Part shown: positions 1 through 9,318 of the stretch, one piece after another
Position numbering within the stretch: position 1 is the stretch's first letter
How the letters are laid out: every line of letters starts with the position of its first letter
DNA from: Candidatus Omnitrophota bacterium
Lineage (GTDB): Bacteria; Omnitrophota; Gorgyraeia; Zapsychrales; Fredricksoniimonadaceae
Direction: 5' to 3'
Length of the DNA stretch: 64,000 bases
NCBI GenBank assembly: GCA_044225175.1
Contig: JBGAJA010000002.1
Coordinates: 728,991-792,990 of the forward strand
The notes under the pieces: generated by a model
What the model saw: only the letters and a program-made list of their open reading frames with translations
What the model was told of the DNA's origin: nothing
Database searches by the model: none
Position numbers and translations under genes: made by a program

Positions 1-1
1 A

Positions 2-181
2 GGCGGATTAGGCTTAGGCTTGTCTATTTCCCGTGATATAGTCCATCGTCACGCAGGAAGGTTAGAAGTTAAAAGTCAACCAGGATTAGAAACGGTATTT
101 ATTATTAAATTACCAGTTTATTCAACGTCAACCTTGGAAAGAAATAATTATGATTTCATCAAAGATAGTTATAGTGGATGA
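2..181 (+). CDS. Sensor histidine kinase, C-terminal fragment (5' end outside window)
   Basis: Translation GGLGLGLSISRDIVHRHAGRLEVKSQPGLETVFIIKLP is the G2-box/C-terminus of an HATPase_c kinase domain. The stop at 179-181 overlaps the start of the downstream response regulator. Confidence 0.6.
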   Translation, partial: GGLGLGLSISRDIVHRHAGRLEVKSQPGLETVFIIKLPVYSTSTLERNNYDFIKDSYSG

Positions 182-869
182 TGACCGGAGAATTATTGAC
201 AGTTTAAAAGCTGTCTTATTTGAGTATGAGTTAATTACTTTCAGTGATGGTGAATCTGCCTTGAAATATCTTTCAAAGCCTCATGAAGTCCACTTAGTTA
301 TTTTAGATGTTTGTATGAAAGGTTTAAATGGTTTGGAAGTTCTTGAACGCATTAAGAAGCTCAATAAAGATATGGCGGTTATCATGTTAACGGGTCAAGC
401 AACGCAGGATATCATTATTGAATCTTTGCGTTACCATGCGGATGATTTTTTAGAGAAACCATTTGATGTGAGTGATTTAAAAGATCGCATTAAGAACATT
501 CTTAAAAGTAGAGAACGTTACGACATTACTGTTCTTGATCGTGATGTTCAGGCAGAGCGTATACGTCAATTCATTGAACGAAATTATGCAAATGTATCAT
601 TAGAAGCAGTTGCTAGCGAGCTATGTTTAAGTCCAAAATATGTGGGCCAGTTATTTATAGGTGCCAGAGGAGAAGGTTTTCGTAAATATAAATTGAAAGT
701 CCGTATGGAGCAAGCCCAAAAACTTTTACGGAATTCTTCTCTAACAATATCTTCAATTGCTCATGAATTAGGTTATGAAAATCCAGAATCTTTCATGAGG
801 ACTTTTAAAACTTATTATCACAAAACCCCTAAGCAATACCGTCAGGAATTGAAAAAAGGAAAAACATAA
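150..869 (+). CDS. Two-component response regulator, CheY-like receiver plus AraC-type HTH
   Basis: N-terminal receiver with canonical residues (VDDD, ILDVCM, MLTGQ, EKPF). C-terminal AraC HTH (SIAHELGYENPESFMRTFKTYYHKTPKQYR). Confidence 0.85.
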   Translation: MISSKIVIVDDDRRIIDSLKAVLFEYELITFSDGESALKYLSKPHEVHLVILDVCMKGLNGLEVLERIKKLNKDMAVIMLTGQATQDIIIESLRYHADDFLEKPFDVSDLKDRIKNILKSRERYDITVLDRDVQAERIRQFIERNYANVSLEAVASELCLSPKYVGQLFIGARGEGFRKYKLKVRMEQAQKLLRNSSLTISSIAHELGYENPESFMRTFKTYYHKTPKQYRQELKKGKT

Positions 870-1240
870 TGTCGATAGATAAAAAGATCCTTATTATTGA
901 TGCTCATCCAGTCTATGGTCCTAAAATTCAGGCATTTTTAGAAGGGTTAACTTTTAGAAACATAGAAATTATCAATAAAGGTAGTCAAGCTTTTGAGAGA
1001 ACAAAGACTTTTTCTCCAGACTTAGTTATTTTGAGCGGTATGTTGCCTGATGCAGACAGTTTAGAAACTTTAAAAAGTATAAAAACTATACGTCCATCTC
1101 TTCCTGTTATTGTCCAAGTTGGTTTATTGGCAGAGGATGCTTTAAAGAAGAGTTTTCAAACAGCAGGAGCATGTGCCGTCTTACCACGCCTCGAAAAAGA
1201 CCTATTCCCGCTACAAAATGCAATTGAGACAAATCTTTAG
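869..1240 (+). CDS. Degenerate (pseudo-)receiver domain protein
   Basis: 123 aa with CheY-like fold signature, but the phospho-acceptor Asp position reads SG (LVILSGMLP) and the conserved T/K positions are absent. ATGA overlap with the upstream RR. Confidence 0.6.
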   Translation: MSIDKKILIIDAHPVYGPKIQAFLEGLTFRNIEIINKGSQAFERTKTFSPDLVILSGMLPDADSLETLKSIKTIRPSLPVIVQVGLLAEDALKKSFQTAGACAVLPRLEKDLFPLQNAIETNL

Positions 1241-1334
1241 TAATGATTGATTCAAAGAAAAAGGGTTGTTAATTTTTTAGCGTTCCAATAAGATGCATTA
1301 TTGTGCGTAAACTATTAATATCTACTTTTTTAGT

Positions 1335-2897
1335 ATGTCGGTAAAAATAATTTCAAAAATCCTGCGTGTTGTTTTTATTTTTCTTCTGGTCTACTTTTCG
1401 GCCCGTATCTTTACGTATCATTATGACCTCATTGTTTTTCCTTATGCAGATATCCTTAGGGAAGCTGCATTAATTTCTAATACCTGGGCATTGGTACACC
1501 ATTTGAATCCTTTTTCATTTGATTTACAGCCTGAATATACCAATGTGTATGGCATTGTTTATCCCATGTTTGTGGCGCCCTTTGCAAGTATTTTTGGAGT
1601 AACGCCCCTTATACATAGAGTTGTAACGGGTTTATTTCTTTGGGGATGCTGTGCAATCATATTTTTAGTTTTGCGTAAACGCAAAGTTGATTTGTTGTTA
1701 AATTTATGGTGTCAATTAATGTTATATGCTTCATTGGTTTATCCTGGAACCAGCTCTCCATGTGCGGATCCTGCTCTAACCGGATTATTTTTTATGCTGC
1801 TTACAATCTTTGTTCCTTTCTTTTTTGAATACTCTTTATTGTCACTATTTTTTGGTCTTATATTTGGGTTGCTTGCTTTTTATGCAAAACCTTATTTTCT
1901 CCTGGCATTGCCAATCTTAGCATCGTATCTTTTCTTTTTTGTTTCGAAGAAAAAAGGTCTAGGGTTTATTGTAATAGCTATCGGATCATTGCTCGCAAGT
2001 GTGATCATAATGAATCATCTTTTCCCAGCATATTTTGACAACACATTTTTTACTCATAAGAATCCCGCTAAAGAATGGGCCAGTATGGAACGTTTAACAA
2101 GTCAGCTTCATTCTTATATCACTCTTCATCTGGGGATATTCATCTTAACAGCAGGAATATTGTTCTATCGGCTATGGCAATCAAATATTGTCATGTCCTT
2201 TAAAATTTCTTCTATTTACCTTCATTTAACTAACATTTTTCAAATAAAAAAAAGAAATGAGCCCCTGTTTAGATTTTCTCTTCCAATTGAAGTATATGCG
2301 GGGATCTGTTCTTTAATGGTTTTACTTTTGATGTTAGGTAAACATTCTGGAGCGACCCTCTGGTACTTCTTTCAATTATTATCTCCATTTTTGGTAATGT
2401 GTATTGCTCAGATTGTGAGTTCTTTTGCATTTTGGTCTTGGGCTGCTATTCCATTCTTAATATTTAATTTACATGTACTGACTGCCACTCTTGATTTTCC
2501 TAAGAATCCCGAAGGCTGGTCTCATGTCAAAGAGCTTTTGGAAACTAAGAAAAATATATATGGTTCACCTTTAATTGCTACAACATTAATTGAGCAAAAT
2601 AAAACAATTTATGATAACGGATTAACTTATGTTTTTGGGTGGGGAGCAGCTCGTAAAGGTATATGGAAATATCTTTTAAAAGAAGACGAGAGAGTTTACA
2701 AAGCAATGATACTTTATGATCAAAAGCTGGGAGATAAAATTGCTAACAAAGAATTTGATTTGGTCATGATTCAAAGTTGTTCTCCGGCCGTTTGTGAGGC
2801 ACTTAACCGTTATTATCGTTTGATAGGTTTTTTCCCAATATATGCTCCCCAAGATCGTATTTCTTATTCCACAGGCGTTTGGCTTCCTAATGAGTAG
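1335..2897 (+). CDS. Polytopic integral membrane protein with soluble C-terminal domain, function unknown (possibly GT-C-like)
   Basis: 520-aa ORF with about 10 hydrophobic segments followed by about 120 hydrophilic residues. No recognisable catalytic motif. Confidence 0.5.
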   Translation: MSVKIISKILRVVFIFLLVYFSARIFTYHYDLIVFPYADILREAALISNTWALVHHLNPFSFDLQPEYTNVYGIVYPMFVAPFASIFGVTPLIHRVVTGLFLWGCCAIIFLVLRKRKVDLLLNLWCQLMLYASLVYPGTSSPCADPALTGLFFMLLTIFVPFFFEYSLLSLFFGLIFGLLAFYAKPYFLLALPILASYLFFFVSKKKGLGFIVIAIGSLLASVIIMNHLFPAYFDNTFFTHKNPAKEWASMERLTSQLHSYITLHLGIFILTAGILFYRLWQSNIVMSFKISSIYLHLTNIFQIKKRNEPLFRFSLPIEVYAGICSLMVLLLMLGKHSGATLWYFFQLLSPFLVMCIAQIVSSFAFWSWAAIPFLIFNLHVLTATLDFPKNPEGWSHVKELLETKKNIYGSPLIATTLIEQNKTIYDNGLTYVFGWGAARKGIWKYLLKEDERVYKAMILYDQKLGDKIANKEFDLVMIQSCSPAVCEALNRYYRLIGFFPIYAPQDRISYSTGVWLPNE

Positions 2898-2906
2898 AGA
2901 GTTTTT

Positions 2907-3356
2907 ATGCGTGTCGTCATTCAAAGAGTAAAAAAAGCTCATGTTACAGTTGAATCTCAGCTGATTGGTCAAATTAATGAAGGAATGCTTATTTTTTTAG
3001 GCGTTTCTAAATCTGATACTGTTCTGCAAGCTGACTGGTTAATTAAAAAGATCACTGAACTTCGTATTTTTGAAGACAGAGAGGGGAAAATGAATCTTTC
3101 TCCCATGGAAGCAGGATCAGAGTTTTTAGTGGTGTCTCAGTTTACCCTTTATGGGAATTGTGATAAAGGAAGGCGTCCTTCTTTTGATGAAGCTGCAGAG
3201 CCTCAAAAAGCTGAAGAATTGTATAATTATTTTGTCGAAAGTTTGAAAAAACACAATGTTGTTGTAGCGACAGGTCGTTTTCGCGCTATGATGGAAGTGT
3301 TTTTAATTAATGATGGTCCTGTGACCTTAATTATAGAATCCAATGCCGATTATTGA
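2907..3356 (+). CDS. dtd: D-aminoacyl-tRNA deacylase
   Basis: 149 aa; SQFTL and NDGPVT motifs characteristic of DTD. Confidence 0.9.
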   Translation: MRVVIQRVKKAHVTVESQLIGQINEGMLIFLGVSKSDTVLQADWLIKKITELRIFEDREGKMNLSPMEAGSEFLVVSQFTLYGNCDKGRRPSFDEAAEPQKAEELYNYFVESLKKHNVVVATGRFRAMMEVFLINDGPVTLIIESNADY

Positions 3357-4107
3357 TACCCATGCTCATATTGACCAAATTGAGAATTGGTCTCAAGCTG
3401 TTCTAAGGGCTAAGGAAGCTCAAGTTTCAGATGTCATTGCAATGAGTGTAGATTTGGCTTCTATGAAAAAAGTCTTAGAGTTAGCCAAATCAACGATAGA
3501 AATTAAAATCCATCCAGCACTCGGCGTGCATCCGGGACTGGTGAAAGATGGAGTTCCTGCTGAAGTTTATGATTTTATTCGTTCAAATGCTCAGCAAGCA
3601 ATTGCTATAGGTGAGACTGGCTTAGATTATTGGTATAAATGGGTTCGCGATAACAAAGAAGAAAGAGCTAAACAAAAAGATTCTTTGGCTAAGCATTTTG
3701 AGATTGCTAAAGAATTTGATATGCCTATCGTGATCCATAGCAGAGGAGCGTATCGAGATTGTTTGGACATGAGTATAGAATCCGGATTAAAGAAAGTTTT
3801 GTTTCATTGGTATAGTGGTCCAGTTGATATTTTAGAGAAGATTTTGGCTGCTGGGTTTTACGTTTCAACAAGTCCAAGTGTAGGTTATTCGCCTGAAACT
3901 CAAAAGGCAATGCTGGCAGCAGATGTGAATCGAGTTTTGATTGAAACAGATTCACCGGTCAGATATAAAGAGGGTGATGGTAGTTATGTAAGTGAGCCTA
4001 AAGATGTCATTAAAACTCTTAAAGCTTTAGCAAAATTAAAAAATATGCAAGAGTCGCAACTTTTAGAAATTGTTAATCGTAATGCTAAATATTTCTTTGG
4101 GATTTAG
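3343..4107 (+). CDS. tatD: TatD-family metal-dependent hydrolase/DNase
   Basis: IDTHAHID N-terminal motif and TIM-barrel TatD signature residues (ETGLDY, HSR, ETDSP). Confidence 0.85.
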   Translation: MPIIDTHAHIDQIENWSQAVLRAKEAQVSDVIAMSVDLASMKKVLELAKSTIEIKIHPALGVHPGLVKDGVPAEVYDFIRSNAQQAIAIGETGLDYWYKWVRDNKEERAKQKDSLAKHFEIAKEFDMPIVIHSRGAYRDCLDMSIESGLKKVLFHWYSGPVDILEKILAAGFYVSTSPSVGYSPETQKAMLAADVNRVLIETDSPVRYKEGDGSYVSEPKDVIKTLKALAKLKNMQESQLLEIVNRNAKYFFGI

Positions 4108-4112
4108 TCTCT

Positions 4113-6107
4113 ATGAATAAGAAAATATTGATTATTTCTGTATTAGTCACGCTTATTGCGATAGCGGGGGGGGTGCTCTTTTTAAGTCGTCCCTTATCAG
4201 TAAGTTTAGAACAGGTTTTTCCCTCTAATGCTTTGGGTTTTGTGCGCTTATCACATGTGGCATCCGACTTGGAGAGCTTTTCTCAAAATGACTTTTGGAA
4301 GTCGGTATCTACAATCGATTTGCCAAAAGTACTCGAACATAATAAAGCATCTGCAAGAGATATTGAGCAGATCAAAGTTATGCAAAATCAGTTGGATTTG
4401 CTTTTGAAGAATCCTTTGACCAAGAAATTTCTTGGCCAAGAAATGGCTGTAGGTTTTTATGAAAAAATTTCTTCTGAAGGAAAGGATAATGAAAGCTATT
4501 ATGATGCGCTTTTTGCTATTCGTTTGGGTTTCACCTTTCAGATAGCAGAATTCTTTGTTTCGATGGCACATCAATTATCTGATGATGTCACCACCACAGA
4601 AGAGAAGTATCAAGATTTCAAGATTATTCATGTCCGTTTCCCAAAACGTCATTTAGAAATTCAATATATACGAATCCAAAATGTTTTATTTGCATCATTA
4701 GCTCCATCAAACATACTACATCAAATGTTGGATGTGTATCATAAGAAGACCTCTTCATTAGCTGAGGATTCTAACTTTTCAAAATCAAATGCTTTAACAT
4801 ACGCTTCAGGACATGGAATTTTTTATATTAATTTTGAGAGATTTTATGGCTTTATAAAAAACCATGCTCCAAAGGAACAGAAAGAATATTTGAATGAAAT
4901 TTCTAAGGACATTTCTGGGTTTAAATCGTCCACACTTTCTTTTTTGCCAGGTCAGATTTCTAAACTGAAATTCATCATGCATTATGAGCCTCAGGAATTA
5001 AATGCATATTGGCGGGCAATCTTTTCATGTGCACCTCAGGGCAATCTTTCTTTAAAATTTGTCCCTCATAATGTCATGGCCTATCATTGGGGGAATTGCT
5101 ATGATTTCAACAATGTATTGGATCAAGCGAAAGACGCTTCATTATCTTCTAAGAAAGAGGAATATGGCAATTTTCTTAATAAGATTGAAAAGAAACTAAA
5201 GTTGAGTATTCATGATGAGGTATTAGCAGCATTTGATTCTCAGATGGGTTGGTATTTAGATGATATTGATACTCAAGGCGCTTTTCCTTATCCTAGAATG
5301 GTCCTTTTTTTTAAATTAAAGGATCGTTCAGCAATAGAGCGTGTCATAGAAAAATTCTCACGAAAAGCCATTGTTCCCTTCCAGCATGAAGAATATTCTC
5401 AAACTCCTATCCATTATATGTCAATCCCCTTGGGGGAAGATATCGATTTAGGTTATACTTTCTTAGGAGACTTTCTTTTACTGGGAAGTTCCAAACAACT
5501 GCTTAAAACATCCATTGATGCTTTAAATAATCAAGATCAATCTATTCAATCAACAGATTTTTTCAAGCAATTTAATTCGGATAATTCAAATTTGAATCAA
5601 GCGGTAGTTTTAATTAAAACAGATGAGGTTTCTAAGCGTCTACAGCAGTTATTGAATTGGTATAACAAAGTAGTCTCTTCTCAAATTACCGCAGCATTGA
5701 CATATCAAAGAGAAGCCAAGCAGCAACAAAAAGAGCTTGAGGAGGAAGCTATCTCTAAAAAGGAAGATTTAAATCTTGCTAGTAAGAAATTAAAAGAGCT
5801 CAAGCAAGTTATTCTTCCAGTTGAAGCTTCTTCCGAGGAGATAGCCGACCAAACAAGTAAGATTGAGCATTTGAATTCGGATGTTCAGCAATTAAAAGAG
5901 GAAATTCTTTCAAATCAAAAAGAACAACAAAAAATCAAAGATTCATTTGTTAGCTATCAAAGTCAGTCAGAAGGCGCTAAGCTATGGTTGTTTAATTCAG
6001 ATGAGGTATTTGTTCCTTTACTTAAAGGACTTGAAGGTATTCATGCCATTAGCATGCAAATTCATATGAAGGACCGTATTACGGAAACGGAGATCTTGGT
6101 CAAATGA
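4113..6107 (+). CDS. Hypothetical N-terminally anchored protein with C-terminal coiled coil
   Basis: 664 aa; N-terminal TM (ILIISVLVTLIAIAGGVLFL); K/E/Q-rich coiled-coil region near the C-terminus; no catalytic motifs. Confidence 0.6.
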   Translation: MNKKILIISVLVTLIAIAGGVLFLSRPLSVSLEQVFPSNALGFVRLSHVASDLESFSQNDFWKSVSTIDLPKVLEHNKASARDIEQIKVMQNQLDLLLKNPLTKKFLGQEMAVGFYEKISSEGKDNESYYDALFAIRLGFTFQIAEFFVSMAHQLSDDVTTTEEKYQDFKIIHVRFPKRHLEIQYIRIQNVLFASLAPSNILHQMLDVYHKKTSSLAEDSNFSKSNALTYASGHGIFYINFERFYGFIKNHAPKEQKEYLNEISKDISGFKSSTLSFLPGQISKLKFIMHYEPQELNAYWRAIFSCAPQGNLSLKFVPHNVMAYHWGNCYDFNNVLDQAKDASLSSKKEEYGNFLNKIEKKLKLSIHDEVLAAFDSQMGWYLDDIDTQGAFPYPRMVLFFKLKDRSAIERVIEKFSRKAIVPFQHEEYSQTPIHYMSIPLGEDIDLGYTFLGDFLLLGSSKQLLKTSIDALNNQDQSIQSTDFFKQFNSDNSNLNQAVVLIKTDEVSKRLQQLLNWYNKVVSSQITAALTYQREAKQQQKELEEEAISKKEDLNLASKKLKELKQVILPVEASSEEIADQTSKIEHLNSDVQQLKEEILSNQKEQQKIKDSFVSYQSQSEGAKLWLFNSDEVFVPLLKGLEGIHAISMQIHMKDRITETEILVK

Positions 6108-6283
6108 TTAACTCAAAGAAGCTCGTTCTAATTGCCTGTCTTTCGATTCTTTGCACCACACAAAGTGGATGCGCATTATTTGCTCTGCCTGGCCAGCTGA
6201 TTGGCGGTCTTTTTGGTTTTCTAGGCCAGGCGCTCAATTTTGCTTCAGGTCTTCCTATGCCGCCTCCATGGGTATTTTTCTAA
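6104..6283 (+). CDS. Small Gly-rich membrane/lipoprotein-like peptide (59 aa)
   Basis: MINSKKLVLIACLSILCTTQSGCALFALPGQLIGGLFGFLGQALNFASGLPMPPPWVFF. Start overlaps the upstream stop (ATGA). Signal-peptide-like N-terminus with Cys; GxxxG-rich. Below the ORF-track size cutoff. Confidence 0.35.
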   Translation: MINSKKLVLIACLSILCTTQSGCALFALPGQLIGGLFGFLGQALNFASGLPMPPPWVFF

Positions 6284-6316
6284 ATCTCATTTTGCTTTCC
6301 TAATGATAAATTTCAA

Positions 6317-6345
6317 TTGACAGTTGGGTGTATTAATTATTAACT
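6317..6345 (+). promoter_or_regulatory. Candidate sigma70 promoter for the oxidoreductase operon
   Basis: TTGACA (6317-6322), 17-nt spacer, TTAACT (weak -10), about 15 nt upstream of the 6360 start. Confidence 0.25.
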
Positions 6346-6359
6346 AGTACCCAAATATT

Positions 6360-7250
6360 GTGCTTTTTACTATGAATTTTAATATAACCCACAAACAAGT
6401 CATTGCATTGGATATCAAACGTATTGATATCCATGCCCCTCAGATTGCTTCTAAAGCTAAGCCTGGTCAATTTATTTTTATGACTGTCCAGGAAAACGCT
6501 CATTCTATTCCTTTGAGTATTATTGATGCCGATGAGCGAAAAGGAGTGATCTCTTTAATTGTGCGTGAAGTAGGGTTGGTGACAAAAGCCCTTGGAGCTC
6601 TTTCGATTGGAGAAGCTCCATTAAATATTGTTGGTCCTTTAGGAAAACCAGCAACTATTGATAAATTTGGATTAGTCGTGTGTGTAGCAACCGGAATTGG
6701 TGCTGCCCAAATTCTTCCTATATGTAAAGCTCTTAAGAAAAAGGGTAATAAGGTTATAGGTATTATGGGAGCTAAATCCAAGAAAGTGCTCATGTTAGAA
6801 TCCCAGATGCGTGTGGTTTGTGATGAAATGTATATCACAACCAATGATGGGTCGTATGAACGTAAAGGACTTGCCACAGAGGTTTTAAAAGAGCTCTTGG
6901 CAAAGTACCCAGTGGATTGTGTTTATGCAATTGGTTCTGTAGATATGATGGAAGCTGCAACTACCATGGCCAAACTAAAAGATATTCCAGTCTATGTGAC
7001 TTTAAATCCTTACATGACTAATGGATTAGGAATTTGTGGTTCCTGTCGTGTGAAAGTACAAAGAGGATTTCAATTAGCTTGTGTGGATGGCCCTGAATTT
7101 AAGGGAATAGAAGTTGATTTTAAAGACTTACATTTAAGAATGGATGCATTTAAGGAGATGGTGTGGGACAACCAAAACCAATTAGTCAAAGCTCCAAAGA
7201 AAGAGTTAGCAACGTTCGTGAAGTCTCTTTGGGGTTCAACAAAAAAATAA
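6360..7250 (+). CDS. PyrK/NfnA/SudB-like FAD/NAD(P)-binding oxidoreductase subunit with C-terminal [2Fe-2S] motif
   Basis: Ferredoxin-reductase-type FAD/NAD-binding fold signatures; C-terminal GICGSCRV...C cluster typical of PyrK/NfnA. Confidence 0.8.
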   Translation: MLFTMNFNITHKQVIALDIKRIDIHAPQIASKAKPGQFIFMTVQENAHSIPLSIIDADERKGVISLIVREVGLVTKALGALSIGEAPLNIVGPLGKPATIDKFGLVVCVATGIGAAQILPICKALKKKGNKVIGIMGAKSKKVLMLESQMRVVCDEMYITTNDGSYERKGLATEVLKELLAKYPVDCVYAIGSVDMMEAATTMAKLKDIPVYVTLNPYMTNGLGICGSCRVKVQRGFQLACVDGPEFKGIEVDFKDLHLRMDAFKEMVWDNQNQLVKAPKKELATFVKSLWGSTKK

Positions 7251-8515
7251 GCGCTGATGAAGCTCGCCGATGTCCACAATGTGCACAACCCACTTGCATG
7301 ACGGGCTGTCCTTTAGGAATCGATATTCCTGGTTTCATTCGTCTATTGCGAGAATCTGATGCTGCGGCAGCTTTAGAGAGAATTAAACTCGAGAATCCTT
7401 TTCCTGCTATCTGCGGCCGAATTTGTTCGGCTCCCTGTGAATCTGCCTGTGTATTTAATGATGAAGGCTCCCCTATTGCCATTCGTGCTTTAGAACGCTA
7501 TGCCTCTGATTTTGGATCTAAACCTAGTGGAAAAACCAAAATAGTTCCTCAATTCAGCGATAAGAAAGTTGCTATTATAGGTTCTGGCCCTTCAGCCATG
7601 ATGGCTGCGAGTATTCTTCTTAAGGAAAAAATCAAGGTTGTCATGTTTGAAGCGGGTTCTGAAGCTGGCGGTATCTTACGATATGGAGTTCCCGAGTTTC
7701 GATTACCTAAAAATATTTTAGCTGAACAATTTGAACAATTATTTCTTCAAGGATTGGAACTTCACACGGATATTTTAGTAGGGCGAATCAAACCTTTACA
7801 AGAATTGATCAATGCTTTTGATGCAGTCCTGATTGCTGTAGGGGCAAGTTTGCCTAATTTTTCTACTCTTAAAGGAGAGAATTTAGCGGGGGTATACTAC
7901 GCTCAGGAGTTCTTAACTCATCTTCAGATGATTTCTAAAGAAAATATCTTATCTCCCAAGAAATTTTTTAAAGGATCAAATACGATTATTCTTGGAGCTG
8001 GGTATGCAGCGTTAGATGCAGCTCGACTAGCCATTCGTTTAGGACAACAAGTTGATTTGATGTTTGAAGGGTTAGAAGAAGAGATGGGTGTCCCCCCGGA
8101 CATGCTTAAAGAAGCTTTAGATGAGGGGGTTAAGATTCATGCTCCTTTTGAAGCGATTGACATAGAAGGAGATACACAAGGGTTGGTTCAATGCGTCAAA
8201 TCGCGTCGCTTAGAAATCTCTGAACTTAACGGTTCATTATCTTTAGTTCCATCCTCAGATGACCCCCAAGTCTTTCCGGCCCAAACAATTGTGATTGCCA
8301 ATGAGGCCCACACAAATTTATTTTTAGCCAAAGAAATCAACCAGCTCAAAATTAATGAACAGGGAAGTTTTTGGGTAGAACCAGGCACTTTTAAAACATC
8401 TTTAGAAAAAGTCTTTGCTGTGGGGAATGCTGTGAAATCTTCATCGAGGCTTATTGAGGCTTTTGCAGATGGTAAGGCTGTGGCTAGAAAGATCATTGAA
8501 AGTCTAAACTCATGA
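7163..8515 (+). CDS. GltD-like NAD(P)H-dependent oxidoreductase (glutamate synthase small-subunit family; NfnB/SudA-like)
   Basis: CPQCAQPTCMTGCPLGIDIP Fe-S motif, then IGSGPSAMMAA FAD/NAD Rossmann motif and a second nucleotide-binding motif (ILGAGYAALDAA). The annotated start overlaps the upstream gene by 88 nt; the true start may be downstream. Confidence 0.8.
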   Translation: MGQPKPISQSSKERVSNVREVSLGFNKKISADEARRCPQCAQPTCMTGCPLGIDIPGFIRLLRESDAAAALERIKLENPFPAICGRICSAPCESACVFNDEGSPIAIRALERYASDFGSKPSGKTKIVPQFSDKKVAIIGSGPSAMMAASILLKEKIKVVMFEAGSEAGGILRYGVPEFRLPKNILAEQFEQLFLQGLELHTDILVGRIKPLQELINAFDAVLIAVGASLPNFSTLKGENLAGVYYAQEFLTHLQMISKENILSPKKFFKGSNTIILGAGYAALDAARLAIRLGQQVDLMFEGLEEEMGVPPDMLKEALDEGVKIHAPFEAIDIEGDTQGLVQCVKSRRLEISELNGSLSLVPSSDDPQVFPAQTIVIANEAHTNLFLAKEINQLKINEQGSFWVEPGTFKTSLEKVFAVGNAVKSSSRLIEAFADGKAVARKIIESLNS

Positions 8516-9318
8516 CTATCAAAGAGTTATTAAACCAGAAAAAGAAGAAGCAGAAAATTGTTGTTGTTACTGCCTATGATTATCCTATTGCTTCCATGGC
8601 AGATGAGGCAGGGGTAGATGTCATTTTAGTTGGAGATTCTCTGGCTAATGTAGTCTTGGGGCTTGATTCCACCCGGCAGGTTGGAATGACAGAAATGCTT
8701 CATCATACTAAAGCTGTTGTAAGAGCTGTTAAAAAGTCCCTTATTGTGGGTGATATGCCATATGACGCTTATCAAAAGAGCTCTAAGGATGTTGTCGCCA
8801 ATGCCAGGAAGTTTATAGATGCTGGCTGCCATGCGGTTAAATTGGAATGGTTTAAAGATGCTTTAAGTGTCACTGAGAAAATTGTCAAAGCTGGTATTCC
8901 TGTCATGGGACATGTGGGGCTAACCCCTCAGACTGCGACTCAAATGAAGGTGCAAGGACGTGATGTTGCCTCTGCTCAAGCGATTATTAAACAAGCCCAA
9001 GATCTTCAATCTAAAGGCGCTTTTAGTATTGTCTTAGAATGCATTCCTCAAGAGGTTGCCGCCAAGATTACCGCCAAGCTTAAGATTCCTACAATTGGTA
9101 TTGGTGCAGGCAAACATTGTGATGGTCAGGTTCTTGTGAGTTATGATTTATTAGGACTATTTAATCGCTATCAGCCCAAATTTTCCAAGAAATATTTAGA
9201 TTTATCTCCTTTGATTGTAAAAGCCTTCCAACAATATACCAAAGATGTGCGTCAGAAGAAGTTTCCTGATGATGCTCATTCTTTCCACATGTCTTCTGAT
9301 GAACTTAAGAAAATATGA
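8512..9318 (+). CDS. panB: 3-methyl-2-oxobutanoate hydroxymethyltransferase
   Basis: VVVTAYDYPIA...ILVGDSLANVVLG...VGDMPY motifs typical of PanB. Confidence 0.9.
   Translation: MTIKELLNQKKKKQKIVVVTAYDYPIASMADEAGVDVILVGDSLANVVLGLDSTRQVGMTEMLHHTKAVVRAVKKSLIVGDMPYDAYQKSSKDVVANARKFIDAGCHAVKLEWFKDALSVTEKIVKAGIPVMGHVGLTPQTATQMKVQGRDVASAQAIIKQAQDLQSKGAFSIVLECIPQEVAAKITAKLKIPTIGIGAGKHCDGQVLVSYDLLGLFNRYQPKFSKKYLDLSPLIVKAFQQYTKDVRQKKFPDDAHSFHMSSDELKKI

Noticed and set aside
2676-2972. Minus-strand 98-aa ORF overlapping the membrane-protein and dtd junction
   Set aside because: It is antisense to two well-supported genes, has no motifs, and reflects AT-rich antisense ORF noise. The same applies to other short antisense ORFs in the track (for example 3725-3955, 6500-6877, 11113-11687, 48026-48376, 55416-55760).
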